Shown one piece after another: positions 37,101 through 50,039 of a stretch of DNA of 64,000 bases (positions within the stretch are counted from its first letter, which is position 1; every line of letters begins with the position of its first letter). Where the stretch lies: positions 11,408,001 to 11,472,000 of the forward strand of contig OZ365118.1 of assembly GCA_977030845.1 (NCBI GenBank), in the 5' to 3' direction. The DNA comes from Fimbriosthenelais zetlandica. Taxonomy: Eukaryota. Position numbers and translations under genes: made by a program. The notes beneath the pieces were generated by a model. The model was not told where the DNA came from. It saw only the letters and a program-made list of their open reading frames with translations, and made no database searches.

Positions 37101-40100
37101 CATGCAAAGTTTAAATTATAAGTGTCGGGCGCGCGGAAATCTCTTACTAGAATAATATATTATATAATATTTCCAGTATAGGGGGTTAGCTCAGTGCACG
37201 AGTATTGATGGGCTTCAACAAAGTGAAAAGATCCACCGTATAGGATTTACATAAAAGCTCAGCGCAATGCAAACACTCTAATGATTGGAGTTCTTTTTAT
37301 AAAGTTGTACGGATTGTATCGTAGGACTGACGCCCTCTAGAGTGAAAACGTATAGGGTGATGGGAAAGGAATAATTTAATGGAATCATCATAGAGGTGGG
37401 GGAATTGGAAGAAACCCTCTTAGGGGGGGGGGGCATTTGCATACCAGGGTTTTTGTCTGGAGTTATTGTCTGGTCAATTTCCTTTCAGATTAGAGGGGGA
37501 AAACTTTATTTCTCTTTGAAACTTTCATGGCAAGATCGAAACATATATTTCCTGTCAGGCATTTTATTTACTCAGCCCTTCTAAGATAAATTATTTATTT
37601 CCACCGTCGCTTGTGTCAGAACCTTTATTTCATCCATTTTCCCCATATTATTTACTTCAAAACAAATCCAACATGGTATACATTTCTAATGGTCAATCCT
37701 GAATGGGGAAGTGATGCAGGCCACATGGCAAGAAACAGATTTTATCATGTAGGCCTAAGTTTAAAAGTCCATGTCTATCGATATAAAGAAACCTGATGCT
37801 CAAATGAATTGAATCAACAAATCATATGACCATTAGATATCGATAAAATGTATATGAAAGAGAATCGGAAATTTATGTAAAAGATGAAGGTCTGAGTATG
37901 CTACATTTATGGTTTAGACAAAGGCTATAGGATCGTGAAATATATTGATAATAAATCTCCAATCAACAAAATATTTTAACACGTGGAACACACAAACGGT
38001 TAATATATGACTCATTTTAGATACAGACTAGCCTAGTGTGTCAATTCGGATCTCTCTCTTATCTTTCAGCTACTCCTGCAGGACGCTCGGTCAGTAGGTC
38101 TCTCTCTCTCATTCCTTCAATACTTATCTTTATATGGAGCTCACTTTTCCTTTCCTTTCGAGCTTTCCTTTCTAAGTTTATATCACATCGGGATAGAGGG
38201 CAGACAGCGACTCCCGGTGGACTCTGAGTTGTAAACATGCATTAGGATCAGCGACATTGATGGGCGTGTTATTCTCAGGGTGGGAGGTCGGTCTCATGCC
38301 TGTTTTATCTGATATTTTATGCCAGTTTTTTTTGGTTTGGTTTGCGGATCCACCGAAGACAAAATTGACATCTTTTTCACTATTTGCAAGATTTACAAAT
38401 TCATTTTTATTACGCCCTCCCAAAGAAGTTTAAGGGTTATTTTCTCCGCGAACCAAACAATAAAAGAAATGGCCTTACCACCAAATTCACATTGTTTCGA
38501 AGCATTTGACTTCAGTCACTATGGCCGTATCATGGTTACCTCTTTGTTTTATCGCTGCCCTCGTTTGATACCGTACTGAATGATAGAGTGAAGGGCAGGT
38601 GGCTGCTGTCTGCACTATAGAATGCTACAACAGTGGCATGAAATATTTTGTTTTATCTTAAAATCAGGTTGGAATATAAAATTGTAAATTATAAAATGTA
38701 AAATACAGCAACGCTTTGAAAACGTTAGCCTACATTGTTGTGCACATGCAGTTTTATCCCAATTTCGTTTTTCCGGAGAACGGAATTTTAAATACATTTA
38801 AAAGATAAAGCACAGAACTTGTATCGTAAAACTCTAAAGCCAACTCATCGTTTTAAAGCATATCTTTTGAACAAGCGCCGTACCACCCACTCTTGACTTT
38901 GTTCCAAGTTAATGGTTCGTAACCATGTTGTAATATTTCATAGAATAATTTCCTCCTGCATTAAGAGTATAGACTTTCAGGGGTTTGCATTGAGGCAGCT
39001 GGGGAGCGATCATTTTGCATTGTAATGCCGATTGTTTTCAGTGGTATCCATCTTCAGACGACATTACGCATTCAGGTAGTCGTTCCGGTTGGAAAACAAT
39101 GAGGACTTATGGGAGCGGTGTGCTCCCGCCGGTGTTACATTGACGAAGGCTCATTCATTTATTATGGACTTTCATTCAATTGTCACATATCAATCATAGT
39201 GGTACAGCTCGTTATGTCTTCTTACACAGATGTAAAACCGGCCCACTCTGCTATCCATTCCTCTATAGGCTCTTAAAAATTACACTGGCTTACAATTGAG
39301 AATTTCCACAGAGAACCATGCATGCAGTATGTATTCAGTGGAAATGAATTCATAAATATGAGTCTCTAATTATCCTAGTATGGACTAGGAGTACTAGTTT
39401 CCATAGGGTATAGGCTCTATAGTTGTATATAAGAAACATCCCTCCCGAGGATATGTAAAATCCCAAAAATATATCACTAAAAAAATGCTGATTGCTCTAG
39501 GCCTATTCATCAACCAATCATCAAGAAAAAAGAACGAGCTGTGTAACTGTTAGCATATTGGTTGACAATGTTTTTACGACATTCAACTATTTTTTATGAT
39601 CACTTCTTAGGGGGGGACGATTGCCGACCGTATGCCAAGACTCCCAATCAAGCTTGCCAACCTGTCGCCAAATAATCATTGTGCAGTTCAAAGTTTTGGA
39701 GTTTGGTTGCCAATGTTCGCTGTTGGTCCTAGCTGTTTTGAGTTCGGCAATTGTGGGCATTTTGGCCTGAGGTATGAGAGGGGCGTCAGAACCCTCTTAG
39801 TTTGTTTCGAGAGAGTGAAACTTGCATTGCGCAATATCCTAAAATTCAATAATGTCAATGGAAACTGGGAAGACTTGGGCGAAACGGATGATCAATATAA
39901 AAGTACACATGTATGACGTCAAAAATACAAATGTATGCGGGACATACAAGGATGATGGAGGTAGAGATAATGACTTCTGCTTAAGAGTATAACTCTGGAG
40001 CACAGAGACTCTGCGGCAATGTAATTGAATTAGCAGTAGGAAAGTAAGATATATCAGGATCAATGCACCTCCCTCAGGCCTGTTATTTGATAAGGATGAT

Positions 40101-40879
40101 TATCTGCACAGGAATATTGGTCTAAGCCACTCCATCCAGTCCCAGCTACAAAATAGAGCTGCAGAGTTTGTCCAATCAGCCAGTGTCCGGCTGACTCTCA
40201 TCTGGCCTGACAGATATCTTTCATGGCTACAGACGGCTATCCAAAATCAAATTTTCACAGTTGCAAAGAGAGGGGATTGGGTGACGTGGGGTGGAGGATA
40301 AAGCGGAGAGAACTTGCAATAGCAGTGTGAGCAGCATTGTTCTCGAGTAACAAGGCACCAATATATAAGGTCCTCGGGGTATAGAAACACTAACATGGTC
40401 TGTGCTGGTATAGCAGCCAATGAGGACTAAACCAGTCCTCGGCTCCTCACGGCCTATACCTCGGGCACTCTGGATTGTTCGCGTATCTCTTGCCCGGCTA
40501 AAGCTCTATCCAAGTACCAGGGCACATGAGTGTATGGTAAATATTGTTCTTCAGTCCGCGGCAATAGCTTAGAGGCAATACCTGATGCAGGACATGGGGA
40601 GAGGGGCGAAAACTGGCCACTTCCATGGAACAATCCAACACCCCGTCCCACACATAGTGTCCCTCAAGTTTTTCCAAGATAAAATATGGCATTGTTTAAC
40701 TTAGATGCAATAAGGATTTTTTTGGTGGTTTGCTGGTGTATCAGTTTCATTTTGATACTATCTCCAAGAAAAATCGACTCTTGACGATTCAAGACGCAAA
40801 TATTGATTGAAAATTTCCAGTTATATCATGAGGATGTCTACTTGTGAGAGTGAACACTATATTGTTATACCGAGGCCTT

Positions 40880-41005
40880 ACTGAGGTATCACGTCGCAGG
40901 CACACATTATTCTGATGCAAGGCCAACCAGCCCTAGCACTGTCCTCTTACTGCTGAGTGCAAAGCGAGGGAGCCACTAGTACCACCTACAGCACCGTGCA
41001 TGGTG
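40880..41005 (-). mobile_element. tRNA-derived SINE copy (partial)
   Basis: attattctgatgcaaggccaaccagccctagcactgtcctcttactgctgagtgc matches the reverse complement of the SINE body. Confidence 0.7.
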
Positions 41006-42519
41006 GTAGTATATATAATTTGTTCATATTTAATTCTAATTAATATGGAGTGTGAAATGTTTCGACGGGAGAACTGTTGGTTGTGGACGATAACAGTAAA
41101 GTACCTATGTTTCCAAAAATAGATATAAGCCCCAGCAAAAGACAATAAAGAAGGAATGGCCAGTAAGTACTTTGGCCTACACTTTGAGTGCATACAGATA
41201 GCCTATCAGACGGTCATAGAGAACACCCATATGGAGGATATTTTGGCCAGGAATGTACTCTTAAGGACCATCGTGAGTAGAGAGGAGAGAAATCAATCAA
41301 GATTTTTAAACAGAACTTTTATACTAGAGGCCAGAATAAGCTCCGTCATGGGAATCATGCTCCTTAGAGATTCTGACATATAACTGGAGATGAAATATTC
41401 AGTGGTGATCGATTGTAAAGCAATAAAGATGTTCTATACCCTTCTCTCTCCCAACTCTACTGCCCCCAAGCTCCCCTCCCCCCGTCCCACGCCCCCCCCC
41501 CCACCCACACCCCGCCCGCCCCCACTTGTCTCTATTATTTTGTCTCTGGGGAATTACCAAGAAGCGGGGAAACAAACCTGCAACATACCAGGAATTGCAT
41601 TGACTGGTAGTAACAAACTCTATTGTTTCTCAGTCAGTATGTTTGGTATTCAGAAATTTATCATGAGTCAAACTTATCTTTTAATGAAAGCACACATTTC
41701 CCATCCCTGTTACGGGAGATTTATTTGCGATAGAACGTCATAAGCCTACTAAACATGTTCAATGAACCTCATTACATGGATATAGCAACCCAGTGTTTGG
41801 GTGTGTAGGTGGAAAAATACATTATTGGTGAAGGCCTAAATATGGCACCTGGCCCCAAAAAAAGATGGGGCCGTTTTACTGATTCAATTCATTCAAACCG
41901 TTCATCATATCGAAAAAATGGAAACGTATTCAGAACAAGCCTAGTATATTTATGTGGGATAACTAATCGAATCAACCAATGCTGCAAGAAAACATGTGAT
42001 TTTATATGCATAGGCAGAAACCCAAACCAACAGCCTCCTCACATCTATATACACGGCTTTGGTTTTTTCATGCTAGAGGGGCATAAACCACATCCCTGAT
42101 CAAATAGCACATTTCGCATTTCATTAATCACTTTCGTCTTATCAGCGGGCCAAGTCAGTAAGAGAATTTCATTAGATCAACGTTACTCGGTACCTTTAGC
42201 CATCCAAGCGATGTTAGCACATTAAATGATCGAGTTAAAGCTGCACGCTAGTCGCCCGTTACCCACTTTACAGACAAATCGCCTGGGGACAGCACCACCG
42301 CCAACACTGCGCAAGAATACTTTGCAAGATAAAATTCAAATGCATTAAAATCATTTGATGGAACTTTCAAAGGCAGTGGCTTTCTCATATCAAAGTAGAT
42401 GTATTCAATCCCGCTGACCTCCAGATATATATATATGTATAGGTTACTTAGTTCTCCTGAAACCCCAAGCTTGGATGGTGAGTGATAACGATTTGATAAT
42501 CAACTGAATAGCAAAATTA

Positions 42520-42722
42520 TACCAAGTAGTATACCAGGATGAGATACCTCACCCAGTCATATCATCCTGACACAAGGCCGACCAGTCATAGTACTGTCCT
42601 CTTATAGCTGAGAGCAAAGAGATGCGGGAGCCACTCGTTCCAATTTTTTACTGTTTGGTTTGACCCTGCCACGGTTCGAACCGCCGACCTTCAACACACG
42701 GGACAACATCGTTCCGTGGTGG
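42520..42722 (-). mobile_element. tRNA-derived SINE copy
   Basis: Reverse complement of the 54.5 kb element: cacccagtca...aggccgaccag...ctcttatagctgag...ggttcgaacc. Confidence 0.75.
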
Positions 42723-43416
42723 TCATAGAAGCTAATATGAGAATAATGCGCCACTTGATTCATTATAGAGGACGTGATGGTAAATGAATAAGCCAAATTG
42801 ATCAGATTATGCGGGTTTTTATCTCCTATAGACAGCCACTGTTTATAGACAGGGTTTGAGGAGATTGATGAAAGCGTGAGGAAGCCATGTTTAAGGCAAA
42901 GATTAAAGGCATGACCATATCTAACTGTCACTGCCTATGGGCAAATCATGTCCTAGATTATATCGACCCATTTCTCTCCATAAACATGCCGGTTTGGGCT
43001 TAACAATCAGCAGTGGCTAATCTAGGCTTAAAACCCCCCCATCAAGATGAATGAATGATTAAAACAGGGAAAGGTATACATGTGGTGTTATAATCTTTTC
43101 TATGATAATATGTTAATATATACGTACTAATCCTGCAGGCCTACAGATCAGAGTGCCGCATATACAGAGCCTCTCTCTTGTGAGTTTCTGCTGAGTTGAG
43201 CATGGTGTATGAGAGCGATTTAGAATGATCACGAGTGGTCGCTGATGTGCTCTGAAAGCGTACACCGTCCATGTATTCAGTTCAGCCACGCTTCCTGCAC
43301 AAGGATCTGGTTTAGAACGCCTTTCAGGGGCAAGACTGAGCAGCTGGGAGTTGGTCTCCTTCATATATATATATGCTCCACCACCCCAACCCCTAGCCCA
43401 CGTTCAAACAGTTTAA

Positions 43417-43536
43417 AGCCTGGTTTCCACCTATCAGATTATCTGGTCAAAATTGATCTCATCAGATTTTTTGTAAATCAAAATCAATCATATCAAAATC
43501 TGATCAGACAAAAATCTGATAGGTGGAAACCAGGCT
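43417..43536. mobile_element. PIF/Harbinger-type MITE
   Basis: 24-bp TIR agcctggtttccacctatcagat... with a TAA target duplication on both sides (43414-43416 and 43537-43539). Confidence 0.85.
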
Positions 43537-46524
43537 TAACTCCTAACAAGCAACTCTCTCTGAATCACAAAATGTTGAAATATACAACCATCTAGAAATG
43601 TCCAAAGCATTTGAAGCGTTCACGAGCAGGACTATCAAAGGCACATATTTGGTGAATTGGCCCAGCCAGCACACCCCGTGACGATCACGTGGTTTTGTGC
43701 TGGAAACTTGGTGAAAAGGTGACACCACCAAAAATCCATGTGATCTTTCCAACCTGGAAACGAACCAGCAACCTTTCATGGCCACGTGGAATTACACCAC
43801 CAAACAGCCACCGGACTGAGTCGCTTTTTATCATCATAATTGTCATCGTTTTTTCGTCTTGTGAATGCTGTCATTATCCTACAACAGCTGTCACACTGTC
43901 ACACTGTCAGACAGCAAGTCATGATGGCCAACCTTGCCATTTGTGACCTGTGACAGAACAGCGATTTTGGACGGGACAACCATAACAAATGTTGTAGGAT
44001 TGGCCTCTCTGAACTACCTATAAGATTTATTTGAATGAAGATTCTCCTAGATAGTAAACTCTACGTAATATATTGACCATTTCAACGTATTGCAGTGTCC
44101 ATTGATGTGAGGGACCCATCAATGCAACCTTCTGTGACCAAATCTATCCATAATACACAATATTCTATCCTCCTCATCAATAATATATATCATACATATT
44201 TATTCATTCTATGGTAGGGAAGGAGAGCTCCAGTCAGATGGAATAATGCGCGTGGAAGGGTATAAGAGTTGTTTAATAATTTATATAGAATTACTTCGTT
44301 TCCTACAAATGTAATGGTCTGTATACTATAGGCTTCAACATATATAACCTATATCTGGGGTCTGTATACAGGAAGAAGTTACGCTACCTTGTTCTATTGC
44401 ACAATAATTGTGAGAATCACCACGTTGCCTTTATTTATAAGGTTGTCGTTGCAGAAAAAGCTGCAGAACACATACTGAAATATGGACCATTTGAACACAT
44501 TTTTCAAATTACGATGTAACCTATGAAAGTTATGTATGTTGTATCAATCCTTTGATTTAAATTATATTAAGTTATTTATCTACATGTAGTTATGAAAACT
44601 GTTAACAAAGCCAATCTGATGGATTTGTCTGAGGTGTTCATTTCCATGAATTGCTTTGGATCACCCAATGATTGTTTGTATACAATGCAACCGTTTGATG
44701 GGTCTGCAAGAATATTACGAGAGATGGCGATGGCTATTGCCCCCATCATGACCAAAAGGTAAATAAATACTTTAAAGCATAAACAGAACGACAGTTATGA
44801 TATTAAGATGGTAGCATTGCACTTGATGATCCTTCCTTTCACAACAAGAAGCTCTCTGCCTCTACTAACCCCCAGAGGATCAAAGAAATGTGAAGCCCAC
44901 CTGTCAGGTAGAGGGAATGAAGGATATTATACTTCCTACAGGGTGTGAGACGTACTCCAGATCTACCATATAACACTGAGTCAACTCCCATCACCACCAA
45001 TTCATCACCAACATCATCCTGTTTTAACAGTGGGATGTACTAATAATTATAAGGGTATATTATCAGCCATAGGATAACGCATTGTTGTTGTATACAACGA
45101 CCAAATGTTACCGAAGACCCTTTATTTTAGTCTTTCCGAATTTACGAAGCCTACAGGAACCTCAGAAGGCCATTTCATTTCAGAATAAATATCTATAGAC
45201 TTACCGTTGCTAATATTCCTTTTGAAACAGGCCCCAACTGTTTCAAAACGAACATTAGCGATTCAATTTTTTTTAGACGTTTTCAATGTAAACGATCCTC
45301 TTAACACCCTTGAGAATTTAACTCTTTCTTTAAACAAAGGTTGCGGTTTTTTTTAGAGTTTATACGGTAAACAATTGTAGGGGATTTGAGAGGGAGAGCG
45401 TGCTCAGGTGGTGTTAGTGTTTGGCAGTGTAAAAGGGTGGAGTATGTCATACGTTCACCAATGTTTCCATCTGAAGACAGGGAATTAGACATCAGAGATG
45501 TCAGAAGGCTTCTAAACTACCTGATAGCCTTAGAACATAGAGCCTTTAAAACAGCATCCAGTCTCCCCTGCTTGAATATCAGTAATGGAAGGAAGGGAGG
45601 GCTGGATGAAAAGGAGGACATTTTCAGCTATAGCAACGATGACAAGGATGACAGCTTGCCTTCGATACTAAGCCATGCAAGGCATGCAGGCGACTCTAAA
45701 AAATCTAAAGTACCCAAGTGTACGACAAGTATGTCTCAAGGACAATTACTGTTGTCGTTTGCGCTAACAGAAATGGAAGTAAAATTTGTGACATATCCGA
45801 AGTTAGTATGCATGGGTTCATATTCCATGGAGAATATGGTTAAAAGCAAATTCCGAGATAATTACTTTGTATGTGCAGAAAAAGCATTAAATTACACCCA
45901 AAAAATAAGATAAGAATGAGATAAGACGGTCATAAGACTATTCCTATCAATACACATGTCACCATAGATGTACATAATATTCATGTCACAACTCACACTA
46001 TTCAAAAAACGATCGACATGTATAATCCATTATTTTAATAATCATCCATATTTTCAATGAGAAATATCCCCGTAGAAAAACATCAAATACCAGACTCAGT
46101 ACCTGTATACAAAAAGACACTCAGGGAGGAACATGTTTTTGTTTTGTTATTGTTCCTCCTCTTAACAGGTGGAATGAGAGGCGGAGAAGGAGTTGGTGGG
46201 GGGCATAGGGGTGGCGGGGGGTGGGGGGTGGGATGTTCACCTCCTGGCACTGTCTACTGGTGGTGCTGCTCCTCCAGGGTGGTGGATCTACGTACCTGGA
46301 GACTGCTACCACACACACACACATAACTCAAGCCAGGTTTCCACCAGGTGAAGGAAGGGGAGAGGGGAAATGAGAGCCAAAAAGCCTGATCACCTGCTCC
46401 CTTGTCTCAGACTAGTTTATGGCCCGGGGGTAAGGTGGTGGTTGGATCAGGTGTATAAAAGAGGCACTGAGGTTGCCTCTATATCCACAGTATCTTTATA
46501 CATGCTCCATACATCATATTATAA

Positions 46525-46592
46525 TGGGACGGCGTCAATAAATGAAACGGCGTCAAGAAATGGAACGGCGTCAACAAATGAAACGTCGTTGA
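46525..46592. repeat. 18-bp tandem repeat
   Basis: aaatgRaacggcgtcaaN, about 4 copies; further partial copy near 46672. Confidence 0.85.
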
Positions 46593-48537
46593 CAATTGAA
46601 AGGTCATCTCGAAATTGTCAGCAAGGAAAACCTTCCACAAAGGAGAGCTGTATGAAGTTGAGAAATAAATAAATGAAACGTCGACAATCGGGACGTCAAG
46701 GAAATACATTCACGTTGTCTTATAGTGTGACATTTACTATTAAGTCCTTATGAGGCTTTATTTAGCCTGGGAAAACCCCATTGAAAAGGGTTGCCTCGTA
46801 TGCAATAGCCTCAAAGCAAGGGAACTTCCGGGTATGAAGACGTGTGGCAATAATTAGCAAATATTAAAGATTTGAATTGCTAGGGACATAATTTGTCATT
46901 ATCCTTGCATAGTTGGAGTTTAGCTGGGGTTTAATGTCGCTTTCAACCATTTTTCTCTGTGCACATAATGTTTATTGTTGATACCTGGCCTGTGCTGCCC
47001 TCAGCAGGGCCTTCAGTGAACTATCCACCGTAGTATGGAAATCGCAGAAAGTATTTGCAATCGTATCACTTTATAATATTTTATACCCCTGCATGCAGTC
47101 AAGGGTTGGAACTATTCTTAACATATCTTGAGGAGACAAACCAAAGGTTTAATATATATATATGATTAGATTATTCTTAGATTATTCTGCTCGTGGACGC
47201 TTCCGTTAACTAAGATGGTCAAAAGCTGGAGTAGGGTTTGAGTAATTGATCAGCTCTGGGACTTGAGAAGTATAAGCTTCATAAATAATGTACGGCCCTC
47301 ACGTGGAGAAGCCACTAGACGGGGAGAGGGCTGCTCTTAGCTTCTTTGGCAGGGGTTCAATTTTTAAAAGGATAAGAACAATCCAGCATATGTGGTGGTT
47401 TTTTCTACCACAAAAAAAACATCACACTTCTTCCTTGTCTTTTTCATATGGGTTTCCAGGCAAATGGAGGATAGCCAGACAAAATTTGTGTTTGACTTTA
47501 ATTTGTTATTTGGCGTTATTTGATATTTCACAGAATAGTATGTATGTGATCAATCTATACGTAGATGCGACATTTCTACACGTGGAGGCGTCATATGACT
47601 TATGGTGTACCATATTTCACTAGATTCCCCACCTGCTCCTCGCTATACGTCTTTCTAGAGGAGACACAGGCAAGACAGATTACATTTCTTCCTAACGTTA
47701 TATGCCCTACATGGAGCTTGTTCCATAACAAATATAGGTTGAATCCACTGATCGTATAGGGAGATCGTAGCTCAGTGGGTTCAGGCTGTTTAGGGATCAT
47801 TGCATTATATGAATGGTAACGTAAGTCCATGGGATGATGAAGCCCATAAATTAAGAATTTTTATGAAACAGGTATGACGGTAACTGCTTGTAAAAAGTCC
47901 AGACACTTAAGCGGTTTCATAATTCATATAGTTTCTAAAATTCAAATATTCAGTATAGAGGACACATTCACTGCTACATAGCATGCAACATCTCCACAAC
48001 CAGTGACTTCACAGAAGTAAATGTACCACATGCACTAAAATGAGACAAGACGTATTCAAATGAAACTGGTGAGTGCTATTTCATGACAATCCAGATATTT
48101 GTCATATTCCATCGAACATGCAGTTTGATACCAGACTTAACATATCGACGGATGGAACGGTTGCAAATGACAATTTATACTTTTATAGGACTATATCTCC
48201 CATAGTATAATTATCTAATCAGCGCACCAAGAATTCCATCCAATAAAAAAGCAAATGTACATACTTGAATCACGGATTTAGGGCAAGCAGAACGCATCTC
48301 AAATAGGGTGCATAGATTGTTCTAATGAATAAGTTATAGGCCTTTGATAGAGTATCTATTTTATCATTTATGTCAGCGTAATAAAGGACACGTATACAGA
48401 CAGATGATACATGATAGACAAAAATACAGCTGTCATAGGGGGAAGTGCATCCGAGCGAAGAGTGATGGGAAAGCAAAGTGCTGAGGTTACCATTGGGGAC
48501 CGCATGGTGCCAGATTGCCTTGGTAAAACAGGCAAGG

Positions 48538-48612
48538 CAGATGAGTGCCTCAGCCGAAACAGATGAGTGGCTCAGCCGAAACAGATGAGTGGCTCAGCCC
48601 CAAACAGATGAG
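48538..48612. repeat. 22-bp tandem repeat
   Basis: cagatgagtggctcagccgaaa, about 3.5 copies, followed by the inverted catctgtttc. Confidence 0.85.
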
Positions 48613-48847
48613 TGTGAGTGGCTCCATCATCTGTTTCAGAACAGTATATAAAAAGGTTGAAAATGGCCTCCAATGAAACCAATGCAAACTTGGACCATCA
48701 ATAAAGCAATGGGAAACGGCTAATGTGAGAGAACACCCTGGCTATTCTAATCAAACTAAAGTTGTGATCGCATTTGCTTTATTTGTGTAACACACACGGA
48801 CATATCTTCTTCTTCTTCCCCCTAACCCATAGGCACACTTATCCTAC

Positions 48848-49244
48848 CTTTCTTTTTCTTGTTTTTCCGCCCTCGCCGCCTAGGCCTGCGCTGGTTTTTC
48901 CTGGCTAGCTTTTTCTCCATGTTTCGGTGTCTGTGCCTACCTCGATGGCGGCCCCGAGGCTGCACGCTCCGCCATAGAGTGGCATCGTCATGCATAAGGG
49001 AAGGGTGAATACCTTGTAGGCTTCTTGGTTGCACAGCGGCGAATGACATACTATCACTGAGTCCGCCGATCCGGGGCCGACCAAAGGCAGAGCTGTAGAA
49101 CTTGGTTTGGGGGTGAGAGGCCATCATATTGTCTATTGCCTCGTTAGTTAAGATGCTCCCATAGAATGCTCGTAAGACATCGTGGTAGGAGGAAGCAGTT
49201 TTTAGCACCTCTGAAAAGTCCCTTATTGACACAGCCTTGGGAAC
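48848..49244 (-). CDS. VEGF: PDGF/VEGF-family growth factor, coding exon 2 (pro-region with basic tract)
   Basis: Polypyrimidine tract and CAG acceptor; 397-nt open frame VPKAVSIRDF...RRPRRRGRKNKKKK; GTAGGA donor in phase 1, matching the exon 3 acceptor. Confidence 0.8.
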
Positions 49245-49842
49245 CTGAAAGGATAGAGAAAAGAAGAACAAATATTATAAGTCACGCACAACAAATGAAC
49301 CAGTAAAAGAATTCTTAATAAATAATATTAAAAGCTAATTACCAATGCACAAGGTCTGAAATTATTTCATTATAGGCCTAATTCTATCAAGAATCTAGTC
49401 AAATAATTTGAATAATATACCCCTCTTGTATCATTATATTACACGTAGTTGAAAAAAAACAGAAACTTTTTAAACCCTGCACTTTTATAAATGTTTCCTA
49501 TTATTTCACCTATAATTATTATGAATCATTTATATTAAAAAGCACTCGCACTACAGTAGACTCACATTAATAAGTTGATGATTTCATATGATAAATTATT
49601 TTAACAGCGTTTTAAACAATGTAACTGAGTAAGGTCTATAAATCGTAGTATAAGTTTGGTATATATATCGAGTAATGGATCAGCTGGGTAGTGGAGTGTC
49701 ACAACACGGGCACAATAAGACAAACCCCCTGGGACCAGTACTATCATGTCGTCCTGCCCATTACAGGCTCCCTTCACAAAGTGTAAACAGTCCCCAACAT
49801 TTCATGAACCATCCCATCTAACCTGCACCGAGCCCACTATAA

Positions 49843-50039
49843 AGCCGGGAACACACTAATCCCATTCTCCAATCCGTCGCCTATTTCTAAAATCTAAAGA
49901 TTGAAATTCCGTCAGTCGTAAGCCTTAGCTAGGTGCAAAGGACTGTTCAAATGACAAGCATTCGGTGTGAATAGAAATGTAGTTTATGAAAGTTATCGGA
50001 TGGCGACGGATTGAGAATGGGATTAGTGTGTTCCAGGCT
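49843..50039. mobile_element. PIF/Harbinger-type MITE
   Basis: TIRs of about 39 bp (agccKggaacacactaatcccattctc(c)aatccgtcgcc) with TAA on both sides. The internal core is shared with 32690-32770. Confidence 0.8.

Noticed and set aside
38178-38423. 81-aa minus-strand ORF with natural-looking composition
   Set aside because: No recognisable motif and no consistent splice pair.
45386-45913. 175-aa plus-strand ORF; the minus strand has a TM1-like VILVIVAIAENVLLFI
   Set aside because: No family motif; the single hydrophobic stretch is not followed by TM2 or TM3 motifs.
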